Positions 17,002 to 26,319 of a stretch of DNA of 40,077 bases are shown here, piece by piece. How positions within the stretch are numbered: the first letter of the stretch is position 1; each line of letters begins with the position of its first letter. Origin of the DNA: Planctomycetota bacterium (lineage in GTDB: Bacteria > Planctomycetota > SZUA-567 > H5-PLA8); assembly GCA_045863855.1 (NCBI GenBank), contig BTVV01000051.1, forward strand, positions 1-40,077, written 5' to 3'. The notes beneath the pieces were generated by a model. That model was given only the letters and a program-made list of their open reading frames with translations, was not told the DNA's origin and searched no databases. Made by a program: the position numbers and the translations under genes.

Positions 17002-18843
17002 ATGATGGCCCAGCCGAACTACCGACCCGAAGAGCTTGCTCGTGCGGCCCGCAAGACCGGCCTCTTTGCCGTCGTTACCGAACGCAATCGCTCGCAAGCC
17101 GGCCTCGCCGACTTGGGCGCGCTGCTCGTTACCGGCGCCGGAGCGGCCGGATTTCTCCACGGCCAACTCACCAATGAAGTCGCGGCGCTACAGCCCGGCG
17201 CAGGGAACCTCAATGCGCGCACAGATGGCAAAGGCCGCCTGCTGCGGACCTTCAGCCTCCACGCGCTCCCCGACGAAGCGCCGGCCGCGCCGGGATTCTT
17301 GCTGCTGCTCGAAAGCGCAGGCGTCGCCGCGCTGCGCGAAGACCTCGATAAGTATTGCCTCACCGACGACGTGCTCCTCGACGATGCCTCCGACGCCTTC
17401 GACTGGGTGCTGCTGCAAGGCCCCGAAGCCCCCGCCACCTTGGCCGCCGGGCTGACCAAAGAAATGGAAGGCGCAGCGCGCATGCCCGAGTTCGGCATGC
17501 AAATGCTCTGGGGCGATGGCATCCCGCCGGGCAGTTTCGTACTTAGCCGTTCGCTCACCGGCGAACACGGCTACCTCCTGGCGCTGCCCAGCGGAGCGGG
17601 GGACGCCGATCCGCTGGTACGCAAGCTGCGCGGGATGGCCCGGGCGCGGAACCTGATCGAGCCGTCCGACGAGGCGCTCGCTCCGGTTCTCGAAAGCCTG
17701 CGCGTCGAAGCCGGCGTCCTGCGCGCGGAACTCGATTTCGAACCCGGCACGCGCGTGCTCCCCGAAACGGTCCTCGAACAGCAGGTCGTCAGTTACACCA
17801 AGGGCTGTTACCTCGGCCAGGAAGTGATCGCGCGCATCCGCACCTACGGCGCGACGAACTATGCCATGCGCGGGCTGGTGCTCGACGCCCTGGCCATGGA
17901 TCCGTCCGAAGCGCTGTTGCATCGCGTGCCTCCGCACGGAAGCGATCTGCTATTGGCCGACGGGAAGAAAGCCGGCACTTGGGCTTCGCGCGGTTTTTCG
18001 ACGGTGCTCGACGCGCCGGTGGCCTTCGCGTACCTCGATAAGGCGCACCGCACGCCGGGGGCTGCGCTGGAGCTTCAGGTGTCCGGCGGGACGGTGAAGG
18101 CGCGCGTGGCGCTGCTGCCGTTCTTTCACGCACTCGACCGCACCCAGCGCGCGCGCTTCCTGCACGACCGCTCCGTACGCGCCTTCGCCGAGCATCAGGA
18201 CGACGAAGCCATCGCGCTCCTGGAAGAAGCGCTGCGCCTTGATCCCGCGTTTGCCGATGGTTACGAAGCTCTGGGCGTGATGCTGGGCCGGCGACAGCGC
18301 TTCCACGAGGCCATCGATATCTTCAAGCGCCTGGAGGAGGTCGCGCCCAACGAGCCGATGGTTCACACCAATCTCTCGCTCTTCTACATGAAGATCGGCG
18401 ACAAAGAGTCCGCCGAGAACGAGAAGGCCAAGGCCACCGTAAAGCGTTTCAGCAGCTTCGCCGACGCCAAAGCCGAAGAAGCCCGCGAAGCCGCCGAACG
18501 CCTGGCGCGGATCGAAGACGCCAAACGCAAGAAAGCGATGTTCGAGGAAGTGCTGGAAATAGACGCCGCCGATCCCGTCGCGCTCTTTGGACTGGGCAAT
18601 GCGCTCTCGACGCTCGACGATTGGGACGGCGCGGCGCTGGTCTACCGCAACGCGTTGGACCTGCAGAAGGACAGCAGCCCGATCTATCTGGCCTACGGCA
18701 AAGCCCTGGAAAAGATCGGCCGCGAAGCCGAGGCGCGCGACGTCTATCGCCGCGGCATCGACGTCGCTTCGCGGAAGGGGGATCTGATGCCGCTCAAAGA
18801 AATGGAACACCGCGCGCTGCTGCTCAGCGACGCGAACGCGTAG
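17002..18843 (+). CDS. ygfZ: YgfZ/GcvT-family folate-binding Fe-S repair protein fused to C-terminal TPR repeats
   Basis: FLHGQLTNEV and the signature SYTKGCYLGQEVIAR; C-terminal ~230 aa of TPR helices (ALRLDPAFADGYEALG, EVAPNEPMVHTNLS, ALFGLGNAL). Confidence 0.88.
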   Translation: MMAQPNYRPEELARAARKTGLFAVVTERNRSQAGLADLGALLVTGAGAAGFLHGQLTNEVAALQPGAGNLNARTDGKGRLLRTFSLHALPDEAPAAPGFLLLLESAGVAALREDLDKYCLTDDVLLDDASDAFDWVLLQGPEAPATLAAGLTKEMEGAARMPEFGMQMLWGDGIPPGSFVLSRSLTGEHGYLLALPSGAGDADPLVRKLRGMARARNLIEPSDEALAPVLESLRVEAGVLRAELDFEPGTRVLPETVLEQQVVSYTKGCYLGQEVIARIRTYGATNYAMRGLVLDALAMDPSEALLHRVPPHGSDLLLADGKKAGTWASRGFSTVLDAPVAFAYLDKAHRTPGAALELQVSGGTVKARVALLPFFHALDRTQRARFLHDRSVRAFAEHQDDEAIALLEEALRLDPAFADGYEALGVMLGRRQRFHEAIDIFKRLEEVAPNEPMVHTNLSLFYMKIGDKESAENEKAKATVKRFSSFADAKAEEAREAAERLARIEDAKRKKAMFEEVLEIDAADPVALFGLGNALSTLDDWDGAALVYRNALDLQKDSSPIYLAYGKALEKIGREAEARDVYRRGIDVASRKGDLMPLKEMEHRALLLSDANA

Positions 18844-18845
18844 CC

Positions 18846-19865
18846 CTACTTCGACCAACTCACCGTGACGGGCTCGGGACCGGGCAGCAAGTCCACCAGA
18901 ATTCGATGTTCCGCCACGCGCGCCGGAATCGGCTCGCTCCGGCCCGTACGCTTGGCCTCGGCGCGTACGGCGCCGGGAGCATCGACGACGACCGTCAGCG
19001 GCCGGTCGAAGATCCGCGTATCGAGTTCGGAGGACAGCGTCAGCTCGACGCCGCCGGCCACGGGCCGGGATTCCAGCTTCGAGGCGTCGCGCAGCCGGAC
19101 GTACTTCGAGACCGTGGCAAACGGCGCGACCCAAAGCCGAGCTTCATGCTCTTTGACATATTGGAGATGCGTATCGAATGCGCCGGGCTCCTTGAATTCG
19201 GCATAGCCCTTCGAGTAGCTGTGTAGCATCGGTACGATCCATTCCTTCTTGGCGATGGCGGCATCGACCCAGCGATTGGCCTTCTCCAGCGTCCACTTGT
19301 CGCCGCCGTAGAAAAGGCGCGCGCCCGTCTGTGCGCGGTGTTTGACGGCGATCAGCGCGTCGACGGCTTCGTTGCGCGCGCCGTACGCCGGGCAGTAGGA
19401 GAAAGGCGGCGCGCCGAGGTGCTTCTCGATTTGGGCGTAGGCTTCGTCGATCTCGTGGGCGGCGGCCTGCGCCTCGAGCTGCGTCAGATTCGCGTGCGTC
19501 AGGCCGTGGTTCCCGATCTCGTGCCCCGCGTCTCGTAACGCGCGCCACTGCGGCCACATCGTTCGTCCTTTGTAACCCGTCATATCCTCGGTGGTCGGCC
19601 CGGGATTGACGTACCACGTGACCTTGAATCCGAAGGGCTCGAAGGCCTTCGTCAGTTCGTCCGTCGCGCCTTTGAAACCGTCGTCGACGGTGAACGAGAT
19701 CGCGGCGTCCTTGTCGCCGGAGAAACGCGCGATGCGCGCCGCCGGGACCGCGCCGTCCTCTTCGCCCGCGCCAGTCAAGGAAGCTCCCAGCATCATGACC
19801 GCAACTCCCATCCACACGAGGACCATGCCGAAGGGCGGCGTCGAGATTAGGCTGAGATTGAACAT
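18846..19865 (-). CDS. Polysaccharide deacetylase (CE4/NodB) family protein, exported
   Basis: ISFTVDDG and GHEIGNHGLTH motifs; hydrophobic N-terminus; start uncertain. Confidence 0.85.
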   Translation of the reverse strand: MFNLSLISTPPFGMVLVWMGVAVMMLGASLTGAGEEDGAVPAARIARFSGDKDAAISFTVDDGFKGATDELTKAFEPFGFKVTWYVNPGPTTEDMTGYKGRTMWPQWRALRDAGHEIGNHGLTHANLTQLEAQAAAHEIDEAYAQIEKHLGAPPFSYCPAYGARNEAVDALIAVKHRAQTGARLFYGGDKWTLEKANRWVDAAIAKKEWIVPMLHSYSKGYAEFKEPGAFDTHLQYVKEHEARLWVAPFATVSKYVRLRDASKLESRPVAGGVELTLSSELDTRIFDRPLTVVVDAPGAVRAEAKRTGRSEPIPARVAEHRILVDLLPGPEPVTVSWSK

Positions 19866-19943
19866 GCGGCGCGGTACTCCCTTAACAGGAGCATATGCCC
19901 GTCGCCTCGAGAGTGCGGCTGGTAATTACGAGAAAGCCGGCTC

Positions 19944-20624
19944 CTAACGGCCGTTGTACTGCTCGATCATCTTATTGACCTTGTTCCGGTCGATCTTGCT
20001 GTTGCGCAGCCGGTCTTGCAGATCCTGGAGGTTGTTCCCGTTGCGGCTGTTCCGGTCGTTGCGGTCGTTACGATTGCGGTCGAAGCGGTCGTTGGTGTTG
20101 CGCTCGTTCTTGTCGTTGTAGTCACGCCCGGTGCGGCGCTGTTCAAGGTAGCTGTCCACCCAGGACGGTTGCTGAACGCCCGGCTTTTGAGCCGTCTTCT
20201 TGGCGGCCTCGGCGGTCTTCTTCTCTTCGTCTGCTTTACGCTTGGCCTCGTCGGCTTTTTTCTTGGCATCGGCCGCGGCCCGGTCGGCCAGAATCTTGGC
20301 CTGATCTTCCGGACGCATCCATTTGCCGCCGAAGTTCACCAAGCCCTTGGCGCGCATCGCCTCTTCGAACTTTCGCTTTTCTTCCGCCGCCCGTTCCCGA
20401 GCCGCGATCTTCTCCGGCGTGTCTTCTTCGATGGCCAGGATCTTCGCGCGTTCGACGTATACCATCCCTTGCGGAACCTTGAGGCGGATGCCGTCGTCGT
20501 CCTGCTTCAGGATCTCGCCTTCCAGTTCCTGCCCGTTCTTCAGCACCACCGTGTCGGCCAGCACAACCGAAGGCGCGAACAGAAGCGCCAAAAGCATCGG
20601 AAAGAGGAAAGCGTGACGCGCCAT
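19944..20624 (-). CDS. Secreted hypothetical protein with PVC-type N-terminal beta domain and charged low-complexity tail
   Basis: Signal peptide ending VLA-D; DTVVLKNGQELEGEI and GLVNFGGKWM motifs; K/E/A-rich and D/R/N-repeat C-terminus. Confidence 0.65.
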   Translation of the reverse strand: MARHAFLFPMLLALLFAPSVVLADTVVLKNGQELEGEILKQDDDGIRLKVPQGMVYVERAKILAIEEDTPEKIAARERAAEEKRKFEEAMRAKGLVNFGGKWMRPEDQAKILADRAAADAKKKADEAKRKADEEKKTAEAAKKTAQKPGVQQPSWVDSYLEQRRTGRDYNDKNERNTNDRFDRNRNDRNDRNSRNGNNLQDLQDRLRNSKIDRNKVNKMIEQYNGR

Positions 20625-20734
20625 CGCACACCTGCCTTCGCTGAGTGACCGAACCTGACTCATGTACGGGTATCCTAACGCAAGACTCCGGAATGCAAGA
20701 CTTTGCTGCAACGCGCATGGCCTACGGGGTGCGG

Positions 20735-21046
20735 TTAGGTATACCCCAAAAGGCTCGCCTGCAACTTGCCCTCGGTCGTCATCTTGTCTTTGCCCCATGG
20801 CGGGTCGAAGGTAAGCGTCGTGCGCACGTACTCCACGCCGTCCACTTTAGCCGCCACCGCAATCATTTTCGCCGCGAGCTGGTCCTGCACCGGGCAGGCC
20901 GGGTTGGTCAGCGTAAAGACGATCTCGAAATCGCCCGGCGCGTGTTCTTTCACGTCGTAGATCAGGCCCAGATCCACGATATTAATCGGAATCTCGGGAT
21001 CGTAAATCTCGCGCAGCGCTTCGCGCACCGTTTGAACCGAAACCAT
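20735..21046 (-). CDS. sufT: DUF59/SufT metal-sulfur cluster assembly factor
   Basis: IYDPEIPINIVDLGLIY, TLTNPACP, FDPPW; directly downstream of sufS. Confidence 0.88.
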   Translation of the reverse strand: MVSVQTVREALREIYDPEIPINIVDLGLIYDVKEHAPGDFEIVFTLTNPACPVQDQLAAKMIAVAAKVDGVEYVRTTLTFDPPWGKDKMTTEGKLQASLLGYT

Positions 21047-21073
21047 GACCCACCTGTCTTTAATCCTGCGGAC

Positions 21074-22357
21074 TTACGCGAAATACTTCTTCACTTTCAA
21101 CAGGCCCTTGGCCAGCAGATCGATTTCTTCCTGATGCGTGTAAACATAAAAACTCGCCCGCGCCGTCGAGGGACTCCCCAGCCATTCGTGCAGCGGCTGC
21201 GTGCAGTGATGCCCCGCACGCACCGCAATCCCCTCGCTGTCCAGCACCTGAGCGACGTCGTGCGCATGAATGTGCTCGAACTCGAAGGTGATCACGCCCG
21301 CGCGCAGTTCCGGATCGGCCGGACCAAATACCTTGAGGCCCTGGACTTCTTTCAGCTTCTCCAGCGCGTAGGCGACCAGTTCCTTCTCGTGCGCGCGCAC
21401 GTTGGCCATGCCCAGCCGGCCCAGGTATTCCAGCGCGGCCGTCATGCCCGCCGTCTCCGCGATCGGCGGCGTCCCGGCCTCGAAGCGTAGCGGCGGATCT
21501 TTGTACGTGCTGCTCGAGAGCTTCACTTCCTCGATCATCTCGCCGCCGCCGAGAAACGCGTCCATCTGCTGCAGCAGGTCGAAGCGCCCGTAAAGCACGC
21601 CCAAGCCCGTCGGGCCCAGCATCTTGTGCGCGCTGAAGGCATAAAAGTCCGCGCCCAGTTCGCGCACGTTCACCGGAAGGTGCGGCGCGGCTTGGCAGCC
21701 GTCGACAACCAGAATCGCCCCGTGCGCGTGCACCAGCTTCGAAATCTCGGCGATCGGATTGATCGTGCCCAGCACGTTGCTTACGTGCGCCAGCGCCACC
21801 AGCTTCACCTTGCCGCCCTTGAGAAACCCTTCGAGTTCCTCCAGCCGCAGCGTCCCGTCGGCGTTCAGTTCCACGCCGCGAACCACGACGCCCTTATCTT
21901 GGGCCAGCAAATGCCACGGGACCAGATTGCTATGGTGCTCCAGGCGCGAGACGACCACCTCGTCGCCGGCCTTGAGATGCCTGCGCCCCCAGCCGTGCGC
22001 GACCAGATTCAGCGCTTCGGTCGCGTTCTTGGTCCAGACGATCTCCGTCGGCCGCGCGGCGTTGATGAACCAACTCGCCCGCGTCCGCGCGCATTCGTAG
22101 ATCTCCGTCGCGCGCTCGGCCAGCATGTGCAGCCCGCGATGCACGTTCGCGTTGCTGGTGTGGTAATACTCGTTCATCGCGTCGATGACCGTGAACGGCT
22201 TCTGGCTCGTCGCCGCGCTGTCCAGGTACACCAGGCGCTTGTCGCGCACCTTCTGCTTCAGGATCGGGAAATCCTGCGCGAGCTTGCGTCCGTCGATCGG
22301 CTGGCGTTCGATGGCCGGGGCATCCTTCTTGACGGGGGAAGAGGAAGGGCGGTTCAT
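21074..22357 (-). CDS. sufS: Cysteine desulfurase, SufS (group II)
   Basis: YLDSAATSQKP, ANVHRG, EHHSNLVPW, FSAHKMLGPTG (PLP lysine), RAGHHCTQP; ATG at 22357. Confidence 0.95.
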   Translation of the reverse strand: MNRPSSSPVKKDAPAIERQPIDGRKLAQDFPILKQKVRDKRLVYLDSAATSQKPFTVIDAMNEYYHTSNANVHRGLHMLAERATEIYECARTRASWFINAARPTEIVWTKNATEALNLVAHGWGRRHLKAGDEVVVSRLEHHSNLVPWHLLAQDKGVVVRGVELNADGTLRLEELEGFLKGGKVKLVALAHVSNVLGTINPIAEISKLVHAHGAILVVDGCQAAPHLPVNVRELGADFYAFSAHKMLGPTGLGVLYGRFDLLQQMDAFLGGGEMIEEVKLSSSTYKDPPLRFEAGTPPIAETAGMTAALEYLGRLGMANVRAHEKELVAYALEKLKEVQGLKVFGPADPELRAGVITFEFEHIHAHDVAQVLDSEGIAVRAGHHCTQPLHEWLGSPSTARASFYVYTHQEEIDLLAKGLLKVKKYFA

Positions 22358-22377
22358 GGTCGTTACCCGAGAAAACG

Positions 22378-22692
22378 TTATTCCACCTGAACTTCGATGT
22401 CGTCCCCGGTCACGCGAACGGGGTAGCTCTTGATCGGTTCCACCGCCGGCATCGACTTCGCCGCGCCGGTCTTCAGGTCGAATTCCGCGCCGTGCCACGG
22501 GCAAGCGACCGTGCAATCGTCGGTCAGCCAGCCCTCGGCCAGCGAGGCGTCGGCATGCGTGCACGCGTCGTCAATGGCGAAGAGCTGCCCCTTGGCGTGC
22601 CAGATGGCGATCAGCTTCCCCGCCACCTTCACGCAATGCCCTTTGCCTTCGGGAAGGTCGGCCTTTTTCAGCACTTTTTCGAAACCAGCCAT
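22378..22692 (-). CDS. Rieske [2Fe-2S] ferredoxin (non-heme iron oxygenase ferredoxin-like)
   Basis: CTHADASL and CPWHGAEFDLKTG Rieske motifs; ATG 22692 after AAGGAG. Confidence 0.92.
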   Translation of the reverse strand: MAGFEKVLKKADLPEGKGHCVKVAGKLIAIWHAKGQLFAIDDACTHADASLAEGWLTDDCTVACPWHGAEFDLKTGAAKSMPAVEPIKSYPVRVTGDDIEVQVE

Positions 22693-22913
22693 CGCCCAAG
22701 CACTCCTTCGTATCCGGAGCATGATTGGAAGCCCACGGGAGCATCTTCGCCTGCTCTCCGAAGAGCGTCAAGCTAATGCGGATATCGATTATCCGTATTC
22801 GAGGGGGGTTTGCAAGCATCCAAAATGCTGGGGAACGCTTCTCCCATTCGCTTCGTCCAAGAACAGTAACTCGCGCAGGAATGGGCGTTTGCCGGCAATG
22901 GGAGAGGCGTGGC

Positions 22914-24524
22914 ATGGCAAGCGAGCCAGCTCTCGAAAATGCGGACTCGGCCCAGCCAACCGTGTCCGATCTCGCTTGGCGGGATGAAGACCTGCTTCCG
23001 GAGGAGGACGGGCCGGACGCTACGCCGCCCGCTGCTCCGCTGCCGTCCGAACGCAAGCCTCGCTCCGCCCACTTCGGATCCGAATGGTTCGCTCGCGTGC
23101 GTGTCGTTCCATGGTGGGCGATTTCCGGCGCGTTTCACGGCCTGCTGGTGATGCTCGTGACCTTGTTGGGTGTGGCCGTCCAGCGCATCCAGTCCCAGGA
23201 TACCGCGTTCTATACCAGCCTCGAACGCCCGCATGTTCCGGATCTGGAGCGCCTGCGGCATCCAGACGCTTCGCTGCAATCGTTCGAAATGCTTGACGAT
23301 CATCGGGTGCTGGACAACCCCGTCGTACCGCTGCGCGACGCGGACGTGGTGGTGAGCCACGACGAGAGCGTGACCGAAGAAGAATGGAAGGCCGCGCGTG
23401 GCGATGCGCGAGCCTTATCCGATGTACCCTTGGAAGGCCACGGCTGGGTGGGTCAAATGGGGTTGCGCAGGGGTGGCGGAGGCGCGTACGGCCAGCGCTC
23501 GGCGCTGGAACGCCGCAGGCTTTCCGAGGCCGGCGGAGGCGGGCGCGTGACCGAGAGCGCCGTACAAGCGGGGTTGCGCTGGCTCGCCCTGAGTCAGGCG
23601 ATGGACGGGCGCTGGAGCTGCGTAGAGTTTGGCGGAAAACCGGCCGATGTGGCCGTCACGGGACTGGCGCTGCTGGCCATGCTGGGCGCCGGAAACTCCG
23701 AACGTTTCGGCGAGTACAAAGAATGCGTGCGCCGCGCCGTGCGCTGGCTTCAAAGCATCCAAAAACCCGACGGCTCGCTCTTCAAGGAGGGGGAAATTCA
23801 CGGCATCGGCTACCACCACGCCATCGCGGGCTTGGCGCTCGTCGAAGCCGCCGGCATGGGACGGGTGCCCGAGACCCGAGTCGCCGCGCAGAACGCGGTG
23901 GACTATTCGTGCCGCATCCACCAACAGGTTCAGAACGGCCTCCGCATGGGCTGGCGTTACGAGGCTGGAGAGGCCGGGGATCTGTCCGTCTCCGGCTGGT
24001 TTGTCATGCAACTCAAAGCCGCCAAGGTCGCGGGGCTGCGCGTGGATGCCGAATCGATCCGCGGAGCCGAACGCTTCCTGGAGCATGCGCAGTGCCGCGT
24101 AGAATCGCCAGACGGTTACGACGCGCACCGCTACGGATACCAGGACGGCACCACCCGCGGGGTGCGCCAGACCGCCATCGGCTGCCTCAGCCGTATCTTT
24201 TTGGGCGAGCATCCCAAGAAGGTACGGGCCGGGATACATTGGTTCGTGAACATGGGCGGGGTACCCGAGTGGAGGAAGGACGGGAGTACGGTCGATCTGT
24301 ACCACTGGTATCATGGCACATTGTGCGTATTTCAGTACGGCGGCGATTTGTGGAAGAATTGGAACCACGCCTTGATTACGAGCCTCTGCCAGCACCAAAA
24401 GACCGCCGGCCCGGACCTGGGATCGTGGGAGCCTATCGGAGCTTTCAGCACCTCCTGGGGGCGTGTAGGTCAAACCGCCCTAAGTTGTCTATGTCTAGAA
24501 GTATACTACCGTTACAAGCGCTGA
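22914..24524 (+). CDS. Membrane-anchored prenyltransferase/squalene-hopene-cyclase-repeat protein (paralogue 1)
   Basis: TM segment WWAISGAFHGLLVML; Gly-rich linker; QW-like repeats (GLRWLALSQAMDGRW, WLQSIQKPDGS); DLSVSGW, YHWYHGT, LCLEVYYRY. Confidence 0.8.
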   Translation: MASEPALENADSAQPTVSDLAWRDEDLLPEEDGPDATPPAAPLPSERKPRSAHFGSEWFARVRVVPWWAISGAFHGLLVMLVTLLGVAVQRIQSQDTAFYTSLERPHVPDLERLRHPDASLQSFEMLDDHRVLDNPVVPLRDADVVVSHDESVTEEEWKAARGDARALSDVPLEGHGWVGQMGLRRGGGGAYGQRSALERRRLSEAGGGGRVTESAVQAGLRWLALSQAMDGRWSCVEFGGKPADVAVTGLALLAMLGAGNSERFGEYKECVRRAVRWLQSIQKPDGSLFKEGEIHGIGYHHAIAGLALVEAAGMGRVPETRVAAQNAVDYSCRIHQQVQNGLRMGWRYEAGEAGDLSVSGWFVMQLKAAKVAGLRVDAESIRGAERFLEHAQCRVESPDGYDAHRYGYQDGTTRGVRQTAIGCLSRIFLGEHPKKVRAGIHWFVNMGGVPEWRKDGSTVDLYHWYHGTLCVFQYGGDLWKNWNHALITSLCQHQKTAGPDLGSWEPIGAFSTSWGRVGQTALSCLCLEVYYRYKR

Positions 24525-24721
24525 AGCACCCCAATAGCAGTTTCCGCAAAGCCCATCGCTGCACTCAGTGCATATTTTTTGTACGGCATAAGTCAAGAAT
24601 TCGACAGTTTTTGAATGAGTCTTCGTTCTTTATTTGAACCCCGACCGCAGTCGCTGCGATTAGGGGTTCGAACATTGCTGCGGGGAGAGGGACCTCGCAA
24701 GCCCTATCTGGAGAACGGATC

Positions 24722-26278
24722 ATGGCCCGGAACGAAGAATTCGTCGAAGAGGAACTGCTCGACGAGGAACTGGAAGAAGAAGCGCCAGCAGGCGAGGGCT
24801 TTTTCGACAGCCTTTCGTCACAGTTCGGTTCGGCGCCTTGGTGGGTGATCTCAGGAGCGTTTCACGCGCTTCTGCTGCTGTTGCTCACTTTGATCGGCAT
24901 GGCGATCTACCGCGCGCAGACGAACGACGTGGTGATCACGACGGACCTCGAAAAGAGCAAGCCGCCGGAATACGACGAGAAGAAGCCGCGCGACGTCTTT
25001 AAGAACCCGGTTCCGATCGACAGCGATATGCCTCCGGTCGAGAACCCGGTGGTGACGCACGAAGAGGTCGAGATTTCGGACCATGTCGAGACGGAGAACG
25101 ACATGGACATGGCGACGGCGAAGGGCGACGAGAACGCGATCTCGGACGTTCCGCTGGGCGGCGTGGGCACGGTGGCGGCGATCGGATTGGGCGGCGGCGG
25201 CGGCGGCGCGTTTGGGCATCGCCTGGGCGGCGGCCGGCGGCGCTTGGCGACTCGCGGCGGCGGCGGCCGGGCGACGGAATCGGCGGTCGATGCGGCGTTG
25301 AAGTGGCTGGCCGACCACCAGGAAGCCGACGGGCATTGGGATACGATGAAGTACGCGGCCAGCAACAAGACGGATACGGCCTGCACAGCGCTGGCGCTGC
25401 TGGCCTTCCTGGGCGCGGGTCACACCGAGAAGGTCGGTAAGTACAAGGACAACGTGCGCCGGGCGGTGAGCTGGCTGATCAGCAAGCAGCAGGCGAACGG
25501 GCTCACCTTCGACAGCACGGATGCGGGCGGGCACCGCGGTACGGGTTATCCGCACTCCATCGCGGGCATGGCGCTGGCCGAAGCCGCGGGCATGGGCCGC
25601 GTTCCCGAGACTAAGGCGGCGGCGCAGAAGGCCATCGACTACACCTGTAACGTGCACCAGCAGGGCGACGGCTCCGACAAGCTCGCGTGGCGCTACCAGC
25701 CCAAATCGGCGGGCGATACCTCGGTGACCGGCTGGTTTATCATGCAGCTCAAGTCGGCCAAGGTTTCGGGCCTGAGCGTGGACGCCGCCTCCTTTGAAGG
25801 TGCGATCAAGTTCCTGGACAGCGTCGAGAAGAAGGCCGAGGGCGGCGAATACGGTCCGGCGAGCATCTACTGGTACCAGCCGACGAACCCGCACGAGCAC
25901 ACGCAGCACCGCTTGACGGCCATCGGTACCTTGGGCCGCCAGTTCCTGGGCTGGAAGAAGGAAGACCTGGAAGGCAGCGTGAAGTGGTTCATGAACAAGG
26001 GTGGCGTGCCGAAGTGGGACGGCGGCGGCAGCGTCGACCTGTACTACTGGTACTACGGCACCCTCTGCGTCTTCCAGCAGGGCGGCGATCTGTGGAAGCA
26101 GTGGAACGACTCGATGAAGAGCGCGCTGTGCGACAATCAGCGCAAGGGCGGCGACGAAGACGGCTCGTGGGACCCGGTCGGCGCGTACGCGAACGAGTGG
26201 GGCCGCGTGGGCCAGACAGCGCTGTGCTGCCTCTGTCTCGAGGTCTACTACCGCTACCTGCCGCTCTACAAGCAATAA
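24722..26278 (+). CDS. Membrane-anchored prenyltransferase/squalene-hopene-cyclase-repeat protein (paralogue 2)
   Basis: Acidic N-terminus; TM WWVISGAFHALLLL; ALKWLADHQEADGHW, DTSVTGW, YYWYYGT, LCLEVYYRYLPLY; colinear with paralogue 1. Confidence 0.85.
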   Translation: MARNEEFVEEELLDEELEEEAPAGEGFFDSLSSQFGSAPWWVISGAFHALLLLLLTLIGMAIYRAQTNDVVITTDLEKSKPPEYDEKKPRDVFKNPVPIDSDMPPVENPVVTHEEVEISDHVETENDMDMATAKGDENAISDVPLGGVGTVAAIGLGGGGGGAFGHRLGGGRRRLATRGGGGRATESAVDAALKWLADHQEADGHWDTMKYAASNKTDTACTALALLAFLGAGHTEKVGKYKDNVRRAVSWLISKQQANGLTFDSTDAGGHRGTGYPHSIAGMALAEAAGMGRVPETKAAAQKAIDYTCNVHQQGDGSDKLAWRYQPKSAGDTSVTGWFIMQLKSAKVSGLSVDAASFEGAIKFLDSVEKKAEGGEYGPASIYWYQPTNPHEHTQHRLTAIGTLGRQFLGWKKEDLEGSVKWFMNKGGVPKWDGGGSVDLYYWYYGTLCVFQQGGDLWKQWNDSMKSALCDNQRKGGDEDGSWDPVGAYANEWGRVGQTALCCLCLEVYYRYLPLYKQ

Positions 26279-26319
26279 CCCGGCCGCGCCCCAACGGGCG
26301 TCCCGGACTTAGCCGTACC

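Noticed and set aside
25186..25272. GGC-rich tandem repeats
   Set aside because: They simply encode the Gly-rich linker of the protein.
22914..26278. Squalene-hopene cyclase (shc) / hopanoid cluster call
   Set aside because: Single barrel only, no DxDD motif, N-terminal TM anchor, no hpn genes nearby.
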